64,000 nucleotides of DNA. Origin: Myxococcota bacterium (GTDB taxonomy: Bacteria > Myxococcota_A > UBA9160 > UBA6930). Location of the stretch: positions 2,560,001 through 2,624,000 of the forward strand of contig OZ245015.1 in the NCBI GenBank assembly GCA_965223705.1, written 5' to 3'. Position numbers and translations under genes: made by a program. Position 1 is the first letter of the stretch; every line of letters starts with the position of its first letter. This document shows positions 39,432 through 48,998 of the stretch, piece by piece. Below the pieces are notes generated by a model. It was given only the letters and a program-made list of their open reading frames with translations, had not been told where the DNA came from and made no database searches.

Positions 39432-40346
39432 GATGATGCCATCGATATCCGCCAGCTCGACCTGAACCTCCTGTGGGTCTTTCTCGCCCTGATGGACGAG
39501 CGACAAGTCACCCGCGCGGCTTTCCGGGTGGGCCTGTCGCAGTCGGCTCTGAGTAACGCGCTCGGTCGCCTGCGGGAGGCCTGCGGGGATCCTCTCTTTG
39601 TCCGGAGCGGTCGCGAGATGGTGCCGACGGAGCGGGCCGGCGCGCTGGAAGGGCCCGTGCGGGAGGCGCTCGCCGCTCTCGAGGGAGCCCTCGCTTCGCA
39701 GGGCGCGTTCTCCGCAGCGCATTCGCAGCGTCGCTTCCGGATCGCGTCGGCCGATTACTGTGAGTTCGTCGTGCTCCCACGGCTCATCGCCGAGATCGCG
39801 GAAGACGCTCCCGGAATTGCTCTCGACGTGACGCCCCTCGGCGGCGCTCTGCCCGCCGACGATCTCCGCGCCGGTCGCTTCGATTTGGCGATCGGTTACT
39901 TCAGCCAAATCCCCGACGATTGTCTGATGCGCGACTTGTTTCGCGAAGACTTCGCATGCATCGCGCGACGCGATCACCCGGCCATCGGGCAGCGTCTCAC
40001 CTTGAAACGCTTTACGGAAGCCGGCCATGTGCTGATCACTCCGACGGGGCGCCCCGGTAGCATGGTCGACGACGTCCTCGCCAAGCGCGGGCTGAAACGG
40101 CGGGTCGCCGTCACGACGCCGCACTTCCTCGTGCCCCCGCGCGTCGTCGCCGAGACCGACCTCATCTCGACGCTCGCTCGGCGCGTCGCCGCGCACTACG
40201 CCGAGCTCTATCCCCTGCGCGTGCTCGCGCCGCCGATCCCCCTGCCCGGCTTTCCGATCAACATGGTCTGGCACCGCCGCCTGGATGACGCCCACGATCA
40301 CCGCTGGCTTCGCGAGCGCATCGAGCAGCTGTGTGCGGCGCTCTAG
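39426..40346 (+). CDS. LysR-family regulator (NodD/DntR-like)
   Basis: LDLNLL..F.ALM.ER.VTRAA..GLSQSA.S.AL.RLR, DPLFVR; divergent from the GST gene. Confidence 0.95.
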   Translation: MNDDAIDIRQLDLNLLWVFLALMDERQVTRAAFRVGLSQSALSNALGRLREACGDPLFVRSGREMVPTERAGALEGPVREALAALEGALASQGAFSAAHSQRRFRIASADYCEFVVLPRLIAEIAEDAPGIALDVTPLGGALPADDLRAGRFDLAIGYFSQIPDDCLMRDLFREDFACIARRDHPAIGQRLTLKRFTEAGHVLITPTGRPGSMVDDVLAKRGLKRRVAVTTPHFLVPPRVVAETDLISTLARRVAAHYAELYPLRVLAPPIPLPGFPINMVWHRRLDDAHDHRWLRERIEQLCAAL

Positions 40347-41158
40347 TCCGAGGGGCGTTCGCGCAGCCGACGATCCGTCGCTTCGTCGGCCGGAAAATAC
40401 GACTCGATCCATAACTCTTGAGCGGTCACGTCCGTGGGCGTACCCAGGGACGTCAGCGTCGTGAAGAGCCGGAGCTCGAGATCGCCCTTCTTGACGTGGA
40501 CGGGCAAGCACACCGGAGGCGGCGACAGCGGATCGAGGCCCTCGAACCGTCCCGGCACGTCCGGGTATTTCGCAATCGCCGCGAGAAGCTTCCGCTGGGC
40601 CCCGTCCTCGCGTTCGAAGAAGGCGTCCCGGTGCATGCGTTCGAGCAGATGGCGACTGACCTCGTCCCAATTGACGACGGCCTCGCGAAATCCCTTCGGG
40701 CTGAACGCCGCATGCATGACATTCTGAGCGACTGCGGGGTCCGTGGGGTCGTTCATCAGCTCGGGAAAGAGCCGCGCCGCGGCGGCGTTCAGCTGCACGA
40801 GGTCCCACCCCGGGGTCACGGCAATCGCTGGAAAGGGTTCGTGGTGACCCAAGATGAGGTCGAGGGTTCGACGCACCGGAGAGGAGGCCTCGGCCGCGAG
40901 TGACGACTCGCGGTAGACCGCTGCAAAGCCGGCACTTAAGAGCAGCAAATTCCGATCGCGCAGTGGCAGATCCAGTGCGCTCGCGAGGACCAACACCATC
41001 TGGCGGCTCGGCATCGATTTGCTGTTCTCGAGAAAACTGATGTGGCGAGCCGAGACCTCGGCCGCGAACGCGAGCTCTTCCTGGCTCAGTCGGCGGGACT
41101 GCCTCCAGCTTCGCAGCAGGGGTCCAAACCCGATGTCAGCGACAGCGGCCTGCGCCAT
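40343..41158 (-). CDS. XRE-HTH plus MmyB-like ligand-binding regulator
   Basis: FGPLLRSWR..RRLSQ.ELA, SARHISFLE, PSR.MVL, HEPFPA, EL.IESYFPAD. Confidence 0.92.
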   Translation of the reverse strand: MAQAAVADIGFGPLLRSWRQSRRLSQEELAFAAEVSARHISFLENSKSMPSRQMVLVLASALDLPLRDRNLLLLSAGFAAVYRESSLAAEASSPVRRTLDLILGHHEPFPAIAVTPGWDLVQLNAAAARLFPELMNDPTDPAVAQNVMHAAFSPKGFREAVVNWDEVSRHLLERMHRDAFFEREDGAQRKLLAAIAKYPDVPGRFEGLDPLSPPPVCLPVHVKKGDLELRLFTTLTSLGTPTDVTAQELWIESYFPADEATDRRLRERPSD

Positions 41159-41189
41159 CGCACCATGCTAGCTCGGGGCATCAAGGCCC

Positions 41190-41210
41190 CCATGACCTCC
41201 GAGGTCATGG
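41190..41210. promoter_or_regulatory. Perfect palindrome CCATGACCTC-C-GAGGTCATGG, probable operator of the MmyB-like regulator
   Basis: 10-bp perfect inverted repeat in the divergent intergenic region. Confidence 0.7.
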
Positions 41211-41256
41211 TCGAGTCACCTCGCAGGGGGGAGATTCTCAATCGAAGGGAGGACCC

Positions 41257-41571
41257 ATGAAGTCCCAACTCGCGTTTCTCGCTTTCGTGCTGATCGCCTT
41301 CACCCTGTACACCGTCGGTGTCGTCCTCGAAGAGGGTTACACCGGCTTCCTGACGCTGGCTTGGCGCGAGGCCTGGGCCGGACAGATGTTCGTCGACCTG
41401 GTGATCGCGCTGACACTCTTTCTGGTCTGGATGCTCCGCGATGCCCGCGAACAGGCGTTGCCCGCCTGGCCCTACGCGCTGCTGATCCTCACCACCGGAT
41501 CGATCGGCGCACTCGCCTACCTCGTCCATCGGAGCGCTCGGGGGATGAGGCTTGCGCCTGCTGCGGCGTAG
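41257..41571 (+). CDS. DUF2834-like small membrane protein
   Basis: GGAGG RBS; QMFVDLVIAL..FLVWM..DAR, GSIGAL.YL. Confidence 0.75.
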   Translation: MKSQLAFLAFVLIAFTLYTVGVVLEEGYTGFLTLAWREAWAGQMFVDLVIALTLFLVWMLRDAREQALPAWPYALLILTTGSIGALAYLVHRSARGMRLAPAAA

Positions 41572-41647
41572 TGGAGCGGGAAACGGGATTCGAACCCGCG
41601 ACCCTCAGCTTGGGAAGCTGATGCTCTACCAACTGAGCTATTCCCGC
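41572..41647 (-). tRNA. tRNA-Gly (anticodon CCC)
   Basis: GCGGGAATAGCTCAGTTGGTAGAGCATCAGCTTCCCAAGCTGAGGGTCGCGGGTTCGAATCCCGTTTCCCGCTCCA: 76 nt, canonical D and T loops, encoded CCA. Confidence 0.98.
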
Positions 41648-41686
41648 GTCCGGCTGAAAGGTCGCATGCGGGTTCGGGCGGGGCAA

Positions 41687-42640
41687 CTACTCGTTCGGGA
41701 CGAGATCCTCGGCGCTGAATTCGCCGGTGGGCACTTCGTCCTCGTCGACCTCATCGGGCAGCGTCGTCAAATCGAGGGTGGACACCCCGCCGGGTGAGAA
41801 CAGGGTCGGCTGCGTGCTGGTCGGTGCGTACGACAACTCGAGTTCGGCTGCCGCCTTCTCGATATCGGCCTCGGTAGCCGCGAGTCGCCCCTCGAGATAG
41901 GCCTCGAAGAGGGCGTTGTCGGCGAGGATGTTGAGCCGTCGGGGGTTCCCCCGACCTCGATCCACCAAGCGCTTGAGCGCCCCCGATTCGAGGATGGCGG
42001 GATTCCCGCCGGAAGCTCGCATTCGGTGCGTCACGTACGCGCTCGAGGTACTGGCATCCATCTCGCTGAGCCGCACGCTGATCTCGACGCGCTCCATGAG
42101 CCCGGGCTCTTCGGCGAGCGCGGTTTCGAGTTGGGCGAGGCCGGCCAGGACCACGGTCAGCAAACGCCGATCGTCGTATTCGAGGTTGAGGAGCCCGCGA
42201 AGCTCCGCGAGCGCGCTGCTCTCGGCCAGGACCTGCGCTTCGTCGATCATCAAGACGGCCTGCCGGCCCTCTTCCCGCACCTCGACCAGCGCTTCGTACA
42301 CGCTCGCGAGCACAGCGGCGCGGTCGTCGGGAATCGACTCGATCCCGAGCTGAGCCGCGAAGCGGCGCAGCACCCAGTCGCCGTCGCTCACGCCCGGAAC
42401 CGGTACCAGGAGGCAAGCTTCGGTCTCGTCTTCGTCGAAGCTCTCGAACAAGTGTCGCAGGGTCATCGTCTTGCCCGTACCGGGCGGTCCCGAGAGAACA
42501 CACAAGCCCTTCCCCTGGCCGACCCCTCGCCGGAGGCGCCGCGCGCAGTTCGCGTGGACGTCGCTGTCGAAGAAGAGATCCGCCTGAGAGTCGTTCGCGA
42601 ACGGGTCCCGGGTTAAGCCGAAGTGTTGTAGATGTTCCAC
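41687..42640 (-). CDS. ExeA/GspA-family AAA ATPase
   Basis: HFGLTRDPF, GPPGTGKT, MIDEAQ, LRGLLNLE, GNPRRLN..DNAL. Confidence 0.9.
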   Translation of the reverse strand: MEHLQHFGLTRDPFANDSQADLFFDSDVHANCARRLRRGVGQGKGLCVLSGPPGTGKTMTLRHLFESFDEDETEACLLVPVPGVSDGDWVLRRFAAQLGIESIPDDRAAVLASVYEALVEVREEGRQAVLMIDEAQVLAESSALAELRGLLNLEYDDRRLLTVVLAGLAQLETALAEEPGLMERVEISVRLSEMDASTSSAYVTHRMRASGGNPAILESGALKRLVDRGRGNPRRLNILADNALFEAYLEGRLAATEADIEKAAAELELSYAPTSTQPTLFSPGGVSTLDLTTLPDEVDEDEVPTGEFSAEDLVPNE

Positions 42641-42648
42641 GAAATCCC

Positions 42649-45600
42649 CTAGACGAATGAAATTTTGCGTTTGCGACGCTTCGACCGCGGCGTGTCGTCT
42701 TCCGGTTCCGCCGTTTCGGGCGAAGCCCCTTCCGGCTCTGGTGCGTCGGGCGCGGTGATTTCCGCTTCTTCTTCGGCCTCGACAACGAATTCCTCTTCGC
42801 CGGTGGGCGCGATCTCGTCGTCTTCGAGCACGGCAGGGGCTTCGGCACCGAACGGCTCGGGGTCGTCGTCGAGCAGCTGTGCCTCTTGGGCGAGCATGTC
42901 CTCATCCGCGTCCGTGAAAGGCGGTTCTTCGGTGAAAGGCTCGACTTCTTCCGCGAGGTCATCGAACGACTCGAATGATTCCGCAGGCGCCGCTTCCATG
43001 TCCTGACCTTGGACTTCCTCGATCAAGTCGTCGAACGACTCGAAGGTCTCGCCGGCCGCGGACCCTTCCGGTTGCACATCGCCGGATTCGATTCGCGCGA
43101 TGCGTTCGGAGACATCCCTGAAATCGGGAACTTCCTCGGCAACTTGGCGGAAGAAAGCGAGAGAGCGCTCGAGGTCGCCCGCAGCCTGACAGGCGTCCGC
43201 AAGGTCGTAACGCAACGCCGCGATCTGGTCTGCCGGGAGCTCTGGGAAGGACAAGGCCTGTTCGAAGTGTGCCATGCCGTCTTCATGGCGTTCGAGCGCG
43301 ACGGCGCACAACCCCATCATGTGGAGGCACTCGAGCTGGCGACCTTCGTCTGCCTGGGCGACGCGAAACTCGGCCAGCGCATCTTCGAAGAGACCCATTT
43401 CGCGGTAGGCGATGCCTAGATCGAAGTGCGTCGCCGAATCTCCGGCGTCGACCTCGCGCTCGATGTGCCGTTTGAAATCGGCGAAAACCTGTTCGAAGGC
43501 GGGCGCCTCGCGATCGGTGACCACCTGCGGTGTCTCGGCGGGCTCATCAAAATTGAGCTCGGCTGCGAGATCGAACCCTTCGGCGTCCGCGCCGTTGTCG
43601 TCGTCGGCTAGCAAGAACTCGGCGGGCGTCGTTCCCGGATCGTCGGCTGACATCGCGTCGGCGGCATCGAGGTCCGGAACATCGGTTTGTTCGGCCGCTG
43701 CGGCGGCCAACGCCGCGGTCAATTCCGACGTGTCGTCGGCATCGAAGCTCAGCGCTTCACTGGGCTCCTCGAAATCGAGTGCCCCCTGCGACTCGCCCAA
43801 GCTCTGCGTGTCGTTGGACGGGTCGGTGAGGTCGGGCGTCAGGGTCGCCGTGTGGTCGTCGTCGACCGGTTCCTCGAGCGGGGAGACGCGCCCTGACGCC
43901 TCGAGGGCATCGACTTCCGCGGGATCCGGAGCGGGCTCCGCTGCGATGTCGAGCTCCGCCGAAATCGCGCCCTCATCCGAACCGGATCGCGCCTCAAGCT
44001 CGCCCAGACGGACCAGGGCCTGCGGCTGATGCGGAATGACGTCCAGGATTCTCCGGTAAGCCGCTTCCGCCTCGCTCCACATCTCCTGTTGAAAGAAGAA
44101 GTCCGCTTCCTCGAGTTCGTCGGCGAGCTGACCGGGCTCGATGGACGCGGTGTCGCTCGCCTGGTCGAGGGATGAAATCGTCGAGCCAAAGTCGGAATCC
44201 TCGGGAAGCGGAGCGTTGGCATCCGCGTCGAGGGCTTCGTCGAGCTCCTCGGAGGAGAGCGACGCTTCGAGATCCGCGAGGTTGAAATCGTCGGACGCCG
44301 CCAAGTCGCCGTCGATGTCCGGGAAGTCGTCTGAACCCGCGTCGCGGATTTCTTCCTCGTCGATCGCGTCGTTCAAGGAGGGCGCTTCGACTTCGACCGA
44401 GGGCTCATCGGTGAAGGCGACGGATTCCGCCTCGTCCACATCGTCCGTGACATCCGTCGCTTCGTCGAAGTTCGGTATTTCGAGCTCGATGGACGGCTCG
44501 CTCTCCGGCGCTTCGAACTCGACCGACGGCGCCTCTTCCGGCATCTCGAACTCGACCGACGGCGGCGCCTCTTCCGGCGCATCGAACTCGAACGATGACG
44601 CCTCTTCCTGCGCTTCGGCGCCGACAGCCGCCCCGTCGTCGTCTTCCGGTAACTCGAAGCTGCCGGATAGATCTTCCTCCGGCGCATCGGCTGCCGGCGA
44701 TTCGATTTCGTCCGACCCGCCCGGAAGCGGATCGTCCGCGTCGGCGGCCTCGAGAAGCCTTCCCTGTTCCGGGTCTAGGCGACAGACCTTGTCTCGGAGC
44801 ACGCCGAAGACGCGATCGTGGCCGGCATCCCGGTAGAGCGCCGCCGCGCGGGCGTAGGATTTAGCCGCGTCGACGTTCTCTCCGGCGTCCTCCAAGCACT
44901 CCCCGAGTTTTGATAGGGCTTCGCGATGCTCCGGATCTTGCTTGAGGATCGCCTGCAAGCTCGCGATCGCGCGGTCGCGTTTTCCGTAGCGTAGATACAC
45001 GGCGGCTTCCGCGAGAAGCTGTGCAGGATCGCCTTCGACGTCGTCGGAACCGCCGACCGCAACGGGCTGATCCACGAGCGACGGGGCGTCGCTGCCAACC
45101 GTCGTTTCCGGGGCTTCGACGGGCAGCTCGAGCGCGTCCGATGTCGCATCGAGATCGAAATCGATCTCCTCCGACTGCGGCCGGGCATCGAGTTCGATCT
45201 CCTGTGCGGACGGCTCTGCCTCGACTTCCGCAGAGAGCGGATCCGGGTCGAACTCCTCCGCAGTCAGCGGATCGACCTGGGTTTCCTCGGCGGCCGAAAA
45301 CGCGAGCTCTTGCGAATCCGCTTCGTCGGCGGTGAGTTCGATCGAGGGAATCTCGAGCTCTTCAGCATCGTCCTCGAAGCTCAATTCGAACGGTGTTTCT
45401 TCGATCGCCGCGGACGGATCGGTCTCCGCCGCGGTCACCACGGGCATCTCGTCGCCCATCGAGAACACATCGGTGTGGTGGGTGGGATCGTCGAGCTCGA
45501 TGAGATCTTGTTCCGCGTTCGTGGGCTCGACGACGAGCTCTCCGGCGTCGACCAAGCGCTGCATCACGTCGCGCGCTTCCGCCTCATTGCCCCGGGCGCG

Positions 45601-46395
45601 GTGGAGCTCCGCGATTCGCTTGTAGAGCGGGTTCAGCTCGCTGTCCCGACCCATTTCTCGGTACGCCTCGGCCAGTGCCTCGTGCGCCGGGATATCGGCA
45701 TCGGCGGGTCCGGCGATGTGCTCTTCGAGAAGCGTCGCGGCATCGGCGTACTTGCCCTGGGCGAGGTAGCTGCGCGCCAGGTCCCCGATGTGTTGCTCGC
45801 GACTACCGAGTTCCATGACGCGTCGGATCGCTTTGGAACGCCCCTCCTCATCCCCGACGCGACCGAATTCCGCTGCCGCCGCCTCGAATTCCGCGACGGC
45901 GTCTTCCGTCAGGCCTTCGGCAACGAGCAGTTCCGCGACCTTCAGTCGATGGGTCGTATTGCTCGGGTCGATCTCCGCCATGCGTCGCAGCACGGCCAGC
46001 GCGCGGTTCTTGTCCCCTTCCTGGTGGAACGCTTCTGCGGCGGTCTCGAGCGACGCCAACGCATCCTTCGCGAGGCCGAGGCGCTCGTAGAGCTCGGCGA
46101 GCGGCTCGTGAAGCTCGAGTCGCTTTGGATCGATCTTGAGAATCTGCTTGTAGAGGGCGACGGCCTTCGCGTCGAAGCCGTCTTCACCGAAACGCTCCGC
46201 GACCTTCAGGTACGCTGTTACGGCTTCGTCCGTCTTCCCCTGTTTCAGGTGGACGTCGCCGACCTTGAGGCGGATGTTCGTATCCTTCGGGTCGGCTTGA
46301 AGAAGCTTCTCGTAGTCCCGTAGGGCCTTGTCGAGCGCGCCTTTTTGGAGGTGTTTTTGCGCCGACTGAAGAACTTTACGCTTGTTGATCGCCAA
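42649..46395 (-). CDS. sgmX: Large TPR protein, SgmX-like type IV pilus activator
   Basis: N-terminal TPRs (DKAL..YEKLL..DPKD, DGF..KAVALYKQ), middle TPRs, C-terminal TPR (THFDLGIAYREMGL), KISFV tail; synteny with mglC and the ExeA-like gene as in myxobacteria. Confidence 0.75.
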   Translation of the reverse strand: MAINKRKVLQSAQKHLQKGALDKALRDYEKLLQADPKDTNIRLKVGDVHLKQGKTDEAVTAYLKVAERFGEDGFDAKAVALYKQILKIDPKRLELHEPLAELYERLGLAKDALASLETAAEAFHQEGDKNRALAVLRRMAEIDPSNTTHRLKVAELLVAEGLTEDAVAEFEAAAAEFGRVGDEEGRSKAIRRVMELGSREQHIGDLARSYLAQGKYADAATLLEEHIAGPADADIPAHEALAEAYREMGRDSELNPLYKRIAELHRARGNEAEARDVMQRLVDAGELVVEPTNAEQDLIELDDPTHHTDVFSMGDEMPVVTAAETDPSAAIEETPFELSFEDDAEELEIPSIELTADEADSQELAFSAAEETQVDPLTAEEFDPDPLSAEVEAEPSAQEIELDARPQSEEIDFDLDATSDALELPVEAPETTVGSDAPSLVDQPVAVGGSDDVEGDPAQLLAEAAVYLRYGKRDRAIASLQAILKQDPEHREALSKLGECLEDAGENVDAAKSYARAAALYRDAGHDRVFGVLRDKVCRLDPEQGRLLEAADADDPLPGGSDEIESPAADAPEEDLSGSFELPEDDDGAAVGAEAQEEASSFEFDAPEEAPPSVEFEMPEEAPSVEFEAPESEPSIELEIPNFDEATDVTDDVDEAESVAFTDEPSVEVEAPSLNDAIDEEEIRDAGSDDFPDIDGDLAASDDFNLADLEASLSSEELDEALDADANAPLPEDSDFGSTISSLDQASDTASIEPGQLADELEEADFFFQQEMWSEAEAAYRRILDVIPHQPQALVRLGELEARSGSDEGAISAELDIAAEPAPDPAEVDALEASGRVSPLEEPVDDDHTATLTPDLTDPSNDTQSLGESQGALDFEEPSEALSFDADDTSELTAALAAAAAEQTDVPDLDAADAMSADDPGTTPAEFLLADDDNGADAEGFDLAAELNFDEPAETPQVVTDREAPAFEQVFADFKRHIEREVDAGDSATHFDLGIAYREMGLFEDALAEFRVAQADEGRQLECLHMMGLCAVALERHEDGMAHFEQALSFPELPADQIAALRYDLADACQAAGDLERSLAFFRQVAEEVPDFRDVSERIARIESGDVQPEGSAAGETFESFDDLIEEVQGQDMEAAPAESFESFDDLAEEVEPFTEEPPFTDADEDMLAQEAQLLDDDPEPFGAEAPAVLEDDEIAPTGEEEFVVEAEEEAEITAPDAPEPEGASPETAEPEDDTPRSKRRKRKISFV
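44475..44610 (-). repeat. Imperfect 33-36 bp in-frame tandem repeat (about 4 copies) in the SgmX-like linker
   Basis: SSFEFDAPEEAP-PSVEFEMPEEA-PSVEFEAPESE-PSIELEIP; DNA unit contains tcgaactcgaccgacggc..cctcttccggc. Confidence 0.7.
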
Positions 46396-46462
46396 CGACC
46401 CCTCCGTCCGGGACGTAATCCGAGAGATTGGAAAGGCGGACGGGCCAATCCCCTACGCCCTT

Positions 46463-46490
46463 GTATCGGGCGCGCGGGGAAGCCCCTTGA
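46463..46490 (-). promoter_or_regulatory. Putative sigma28-like promoter TCAAG-N15-CCCGATAC
   Basis: Lies between the co-directional aroQ and sgmX genes; close to the FliA -10 consensus GCCGATAA. Confidence 0.55.
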
Positions 46491-46512
46491 GCTTCTGCAC
46501 AGGGGCGTTGGG

Positions 46513-46968
46513 CTACGAGAGACGTTCGAGAAGAGCGCGTAGGCCGAGCTTGTAACTATCCGGCCCAAAACCGGAAATCACCCCGACGGCGATGTCCGAA
46601 ATATAGGAATGCCGACGGAATTCCTCTCGCGCGAAGACGTTCGACAAGTGCACTTCAACGACGGGCAGCTCCACCGCGAGCAGTGCATCGCGAAGCGCCA
46701 CGCTGGTGTGGGTAAAACCACCGGGGTTCAGCAGGATCCCGTGGGCCGTGCCGAGACAGGCTTGGACCGCGTCGATGAGAGCGCCCTCGTGATTCGACTG
46801 AAAGGTCGCCACGCGACAGCCCGCGGCCTTTCCCTGCGCGATGAGCGCGGCGTCGATCTCCGCGAGGGTGGTCGCGCCGTAGACCTCCGGTTCACGACGA
46901 CCGAGCAGATTGAGGTTCGGTCCGTGAAGTACCTGGATCGCCGATGCGTGGCCTGCGTCGCCGCTCAT
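46513..46968 (-). CDS. aroQ: Type II 3-dehydroquinate dehydratase
   Basis: [43 protein letters not shown]. Confidence 0.97.
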   Translation of the reverse strand: MSGDAGHASAIQVLHGPNLNLLGRREPEVYGATTLAEIDAALIAQGKAAGCRVATFQSNHEGALIDAVQACLGTAHGILLNPGGFTHTSVALRDALLAVELPVVEVHLSNVFAREEFRRHSYISDIAVGVISGFGPDSYKLGLRALLERLS

Positions 46969-46999
46969 GAAACAACCCTAGCGGCTTCCGGCCTGCGGG

Positions 47000-47353
47000 C
47001 TAGAGCTCTTCGCGGAGAGCCAACAGGTGCCGGCGCATTTCGAAGCGCGCTTTTCCGAAATTCGCGTCGCCGTCGAGCACGGTCAACAAGAAGATGTCGT
47101 TGTCGACAGGACGCAGCAGGACCCACAGATTGGACGCGCGCACGATCAGCTCTTCCACGGCCCCGCCGCTCGATGCGTCGGCGGCTTTTTGCAGCTCGGG
47201 GAGAAAGCGACCGAACTCGACACCGACGACGTTCAAGTCAAAACCGTCGCGACCGACCTCGGCGATGGGGATCCCATCGACGCCCATCAGCGAGGCGCCG
47301 CGCGCGTCGGCGCAGCCGTTCAAGATGCTGTGAAGGACGGAATCAAAGCTCAT
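47000..47353 (-). CDS. mglC: Roadblock/LC7 protein, MglC-like
   Basis: MSF...L...MG.DGI...G.V.E......NFGK.R...LREEL matches my recollection of MglC; located in the pilQ-aro cluster. Confidence 0.78.
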   Translation of the reverse strand: MSFDSVLHSILNGCADARGASLMGVDGIPIAEVGRDGFDLNVVGVEFGRFLPELQKAADASSGGAVEELIVRASNLWVLLRPVDNDIFLLTVLDGDANFGKARFEMRRHLLALREEL

Positions 47354-47901
47354 CGGTAGGCCCTCCGGATGTTGAGCAACCAGCGCTCGAGGGTTTCCAA
47401 AACGGTGGAAGACGATGCGATCTCTCGGGAACGCATCGACGATCGGATTTCGGCCGCTTCGCCTGCGAGACCTTGTCGTTCGAGCAAGGACGCCATGGTC
47501 GGGGTCTCGAAACGCTCGTCCGGCAAGAGTTGACGATCGATGCCTTCGGGGCGATCCCCATCCACCGCCCGAGTCGCCGCCTCGGCGAGCTGGTTGGCGT
47601 CGATGATCTGATCCGTCAGAGCGGTCGCCTCCGCGAAGGCGCTGTCGAGCTCCACATCGGCGATCTCGTTGTCGCGATCGCCGGCCGACGCCGTTGCGTC
47701 GAAATAGCCCGCGAGCAATGCGCGCGCTTCGCCGGGGTTACCCAGGTCGAGCCAGGCCAAGCCCGCGACGAGTCGCGCCTCGAGGGAAAGCGGATCGCTC
47801 GCGAGGACGAGCTGCGCCGCGTCGAGCGCCGCCTCGGGCCGACCTTCACGCCACAGGGTTTCGAGTTCCGTCTGTGCGGGAGCTGTGTCTCGATCCGTCA
47901 C
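47350..47901 (-). CDS. Small TPR protein
   Basis: N-terminal TPR; TPTMA.LL..QG motif; LETLERWL.NI tail typical of the gene upstream of the roadblock gene in such loci. Confidence 0.7.
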   Translation of the reverse strand: MTDRDTAPAQTELETLWREGRPEAALDAAQLVLASDPLSLEARLVAGLAWLDLGNPGEARALLAGYFDATASAGDRDNEIADVELDSAFAEATALTDQIIDANQLAEAATRAVDGDRPEGIDRQLLPDERFETPTMASLLERQGLAGEAAEIRSSMRSREIASSSTVLETLERWLLNIRRAYR

Positions 47902-48998
47902 TGCCGATCGACCTTCCTTCGCGCCGGGAGAATCTCCGCGGGCGAGAGCGGAACCGTCGTCGCTCGGCCCAAGGAGCGCAAGACGACGAAGCGGATCCGC
48001 GAAGCGGTACGTTTCTTATCGACCCGAATGGCCTCGAGATAAGCCTTTCGAGGGTAGTCGGGAAGCTCGGTCGGCAATTCCGCTTCGGCGAGCAGGGCCT
48101 CGAGGCGGTCGGCGGTGCCCGAAGGCGCGTGTCCGAGCTCTTCGGAACGGCGCGCGGCGAAGCTCATCCCCATCGCGACGGCCTCGCCGTGCTCGCCGCG
48201 GTAGCCGCCCAGGGCCTCCACAGCGTGGCCCAGGGTGTGGCCAAAGTTCAGCAGCATGCGCAGGCCCGCTTCCCGCTCGTCTCGAGCGACGACCTCCGCC
48301 TTGATGCCGCAGCTCTTGCGGATGATGGGCAAGAGAGTTGCCGGTTCGAGATCGAGGGCGCGCGCAACGCCGGCTTCGAGTTCCTCAAAATGCGTGCGAT
48401 CCCAGATCGCCGCGTGCTTGATGACTTCGGCCATGCCGGCGGCCCGCAGCCGTCGCGGCAGTGTCTCGAGCGTTGCTGCTTCCACCCAGACGAGGCGCGG
48501 CTGATAGAACGCACCGACCAGATTCTTGCCGCTCGGCAAGTTGACGCCGGTTTTGCCACCGACGCTCGCATCGACCATCGCCAACAGTGTCGTCGGTACC
48601 TGAACGAACGGAAGCCCGCGCAAGAATGTCGCGGCGGCGAAGCCGACCATATCCCCGACGACGCCTCCCCCCAAGGCGACGAGTACGGTCCGGCGATCGG
48701 CCTTGAGGCCGAGAAGCGCGTCGTAGAGCTTCGCCACCGTCGCCAGGGTCTTGCGACGGTCGCCGTCCGGGACCTCGATCTGTTTGGGAGCCAATCCCGC
48801 GGCGCGCAGGGAGCGCATGAACTTCTTCGCGTGGAGCGCTCCGACGGTCGGCGACGTGACGAGGACCGCGCGATCCGCCCGAGTCTGCCGGGCCACCGCG
48901 TCGCCGAACGCGTCGAAACGGCCCAGTCCGATGCGGATCGGGTAACTCCGATCGCCGAGCTCCACGCGCAGCGGGCGCAGCGAGCGCCCGCGCTTCAC
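47898..48998 (-). CDS. aroB: 3-dehydroquinate synthase
   Basis: ALGGGVVGD, PTTLLAMVDASVGGKTG, LNFGHTLGHA.E, HGEAVA. Confidence 0.97.
   Translation of the reverse strand: MKRGRSLRPLRVELGDRSYPIRIGLGRFDAFGDAVARQTRADRAVLVTSPTVGALHAKKFMRSLRAAGLAPKQIEVPDGDRRKTLATVAKLYDALLGLKADRRTVLVALGGGVVGDMVGFAAATFLRGLPFVQVPTTLLAMVDASVGGKTGVNLPSGKNLVGAFYQPRLVWVEAATLETLPRRLRAAGMAEVIKHAAIWDRTHFEELEAGVARALDLEPATLLPIIRKSCGIKAEVVARDEREAGLRMLLNFGHTLGHAVEALGGYRGEHGEAVAMGMSFAARRSEELGHAPSGTADRLEALLAEAELPTELPDYPRKAYLEAIRVDKKRTASRIRFVVLRSLGRATTVPLSPAEILPARRKVDRQ

Noticed and set aside
32000..41571. Prophage or integrative element at tRNA-Gly
   Set aside because: No integrase, transposase, phage genes or direct repeat of the tRNA 3' end seen in the window.
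44475..44610. CRISPR-like repeat array
   Set aside because: The repeats are in-frame, degenerate and adjacent, with no unique spacers and no cas genes.
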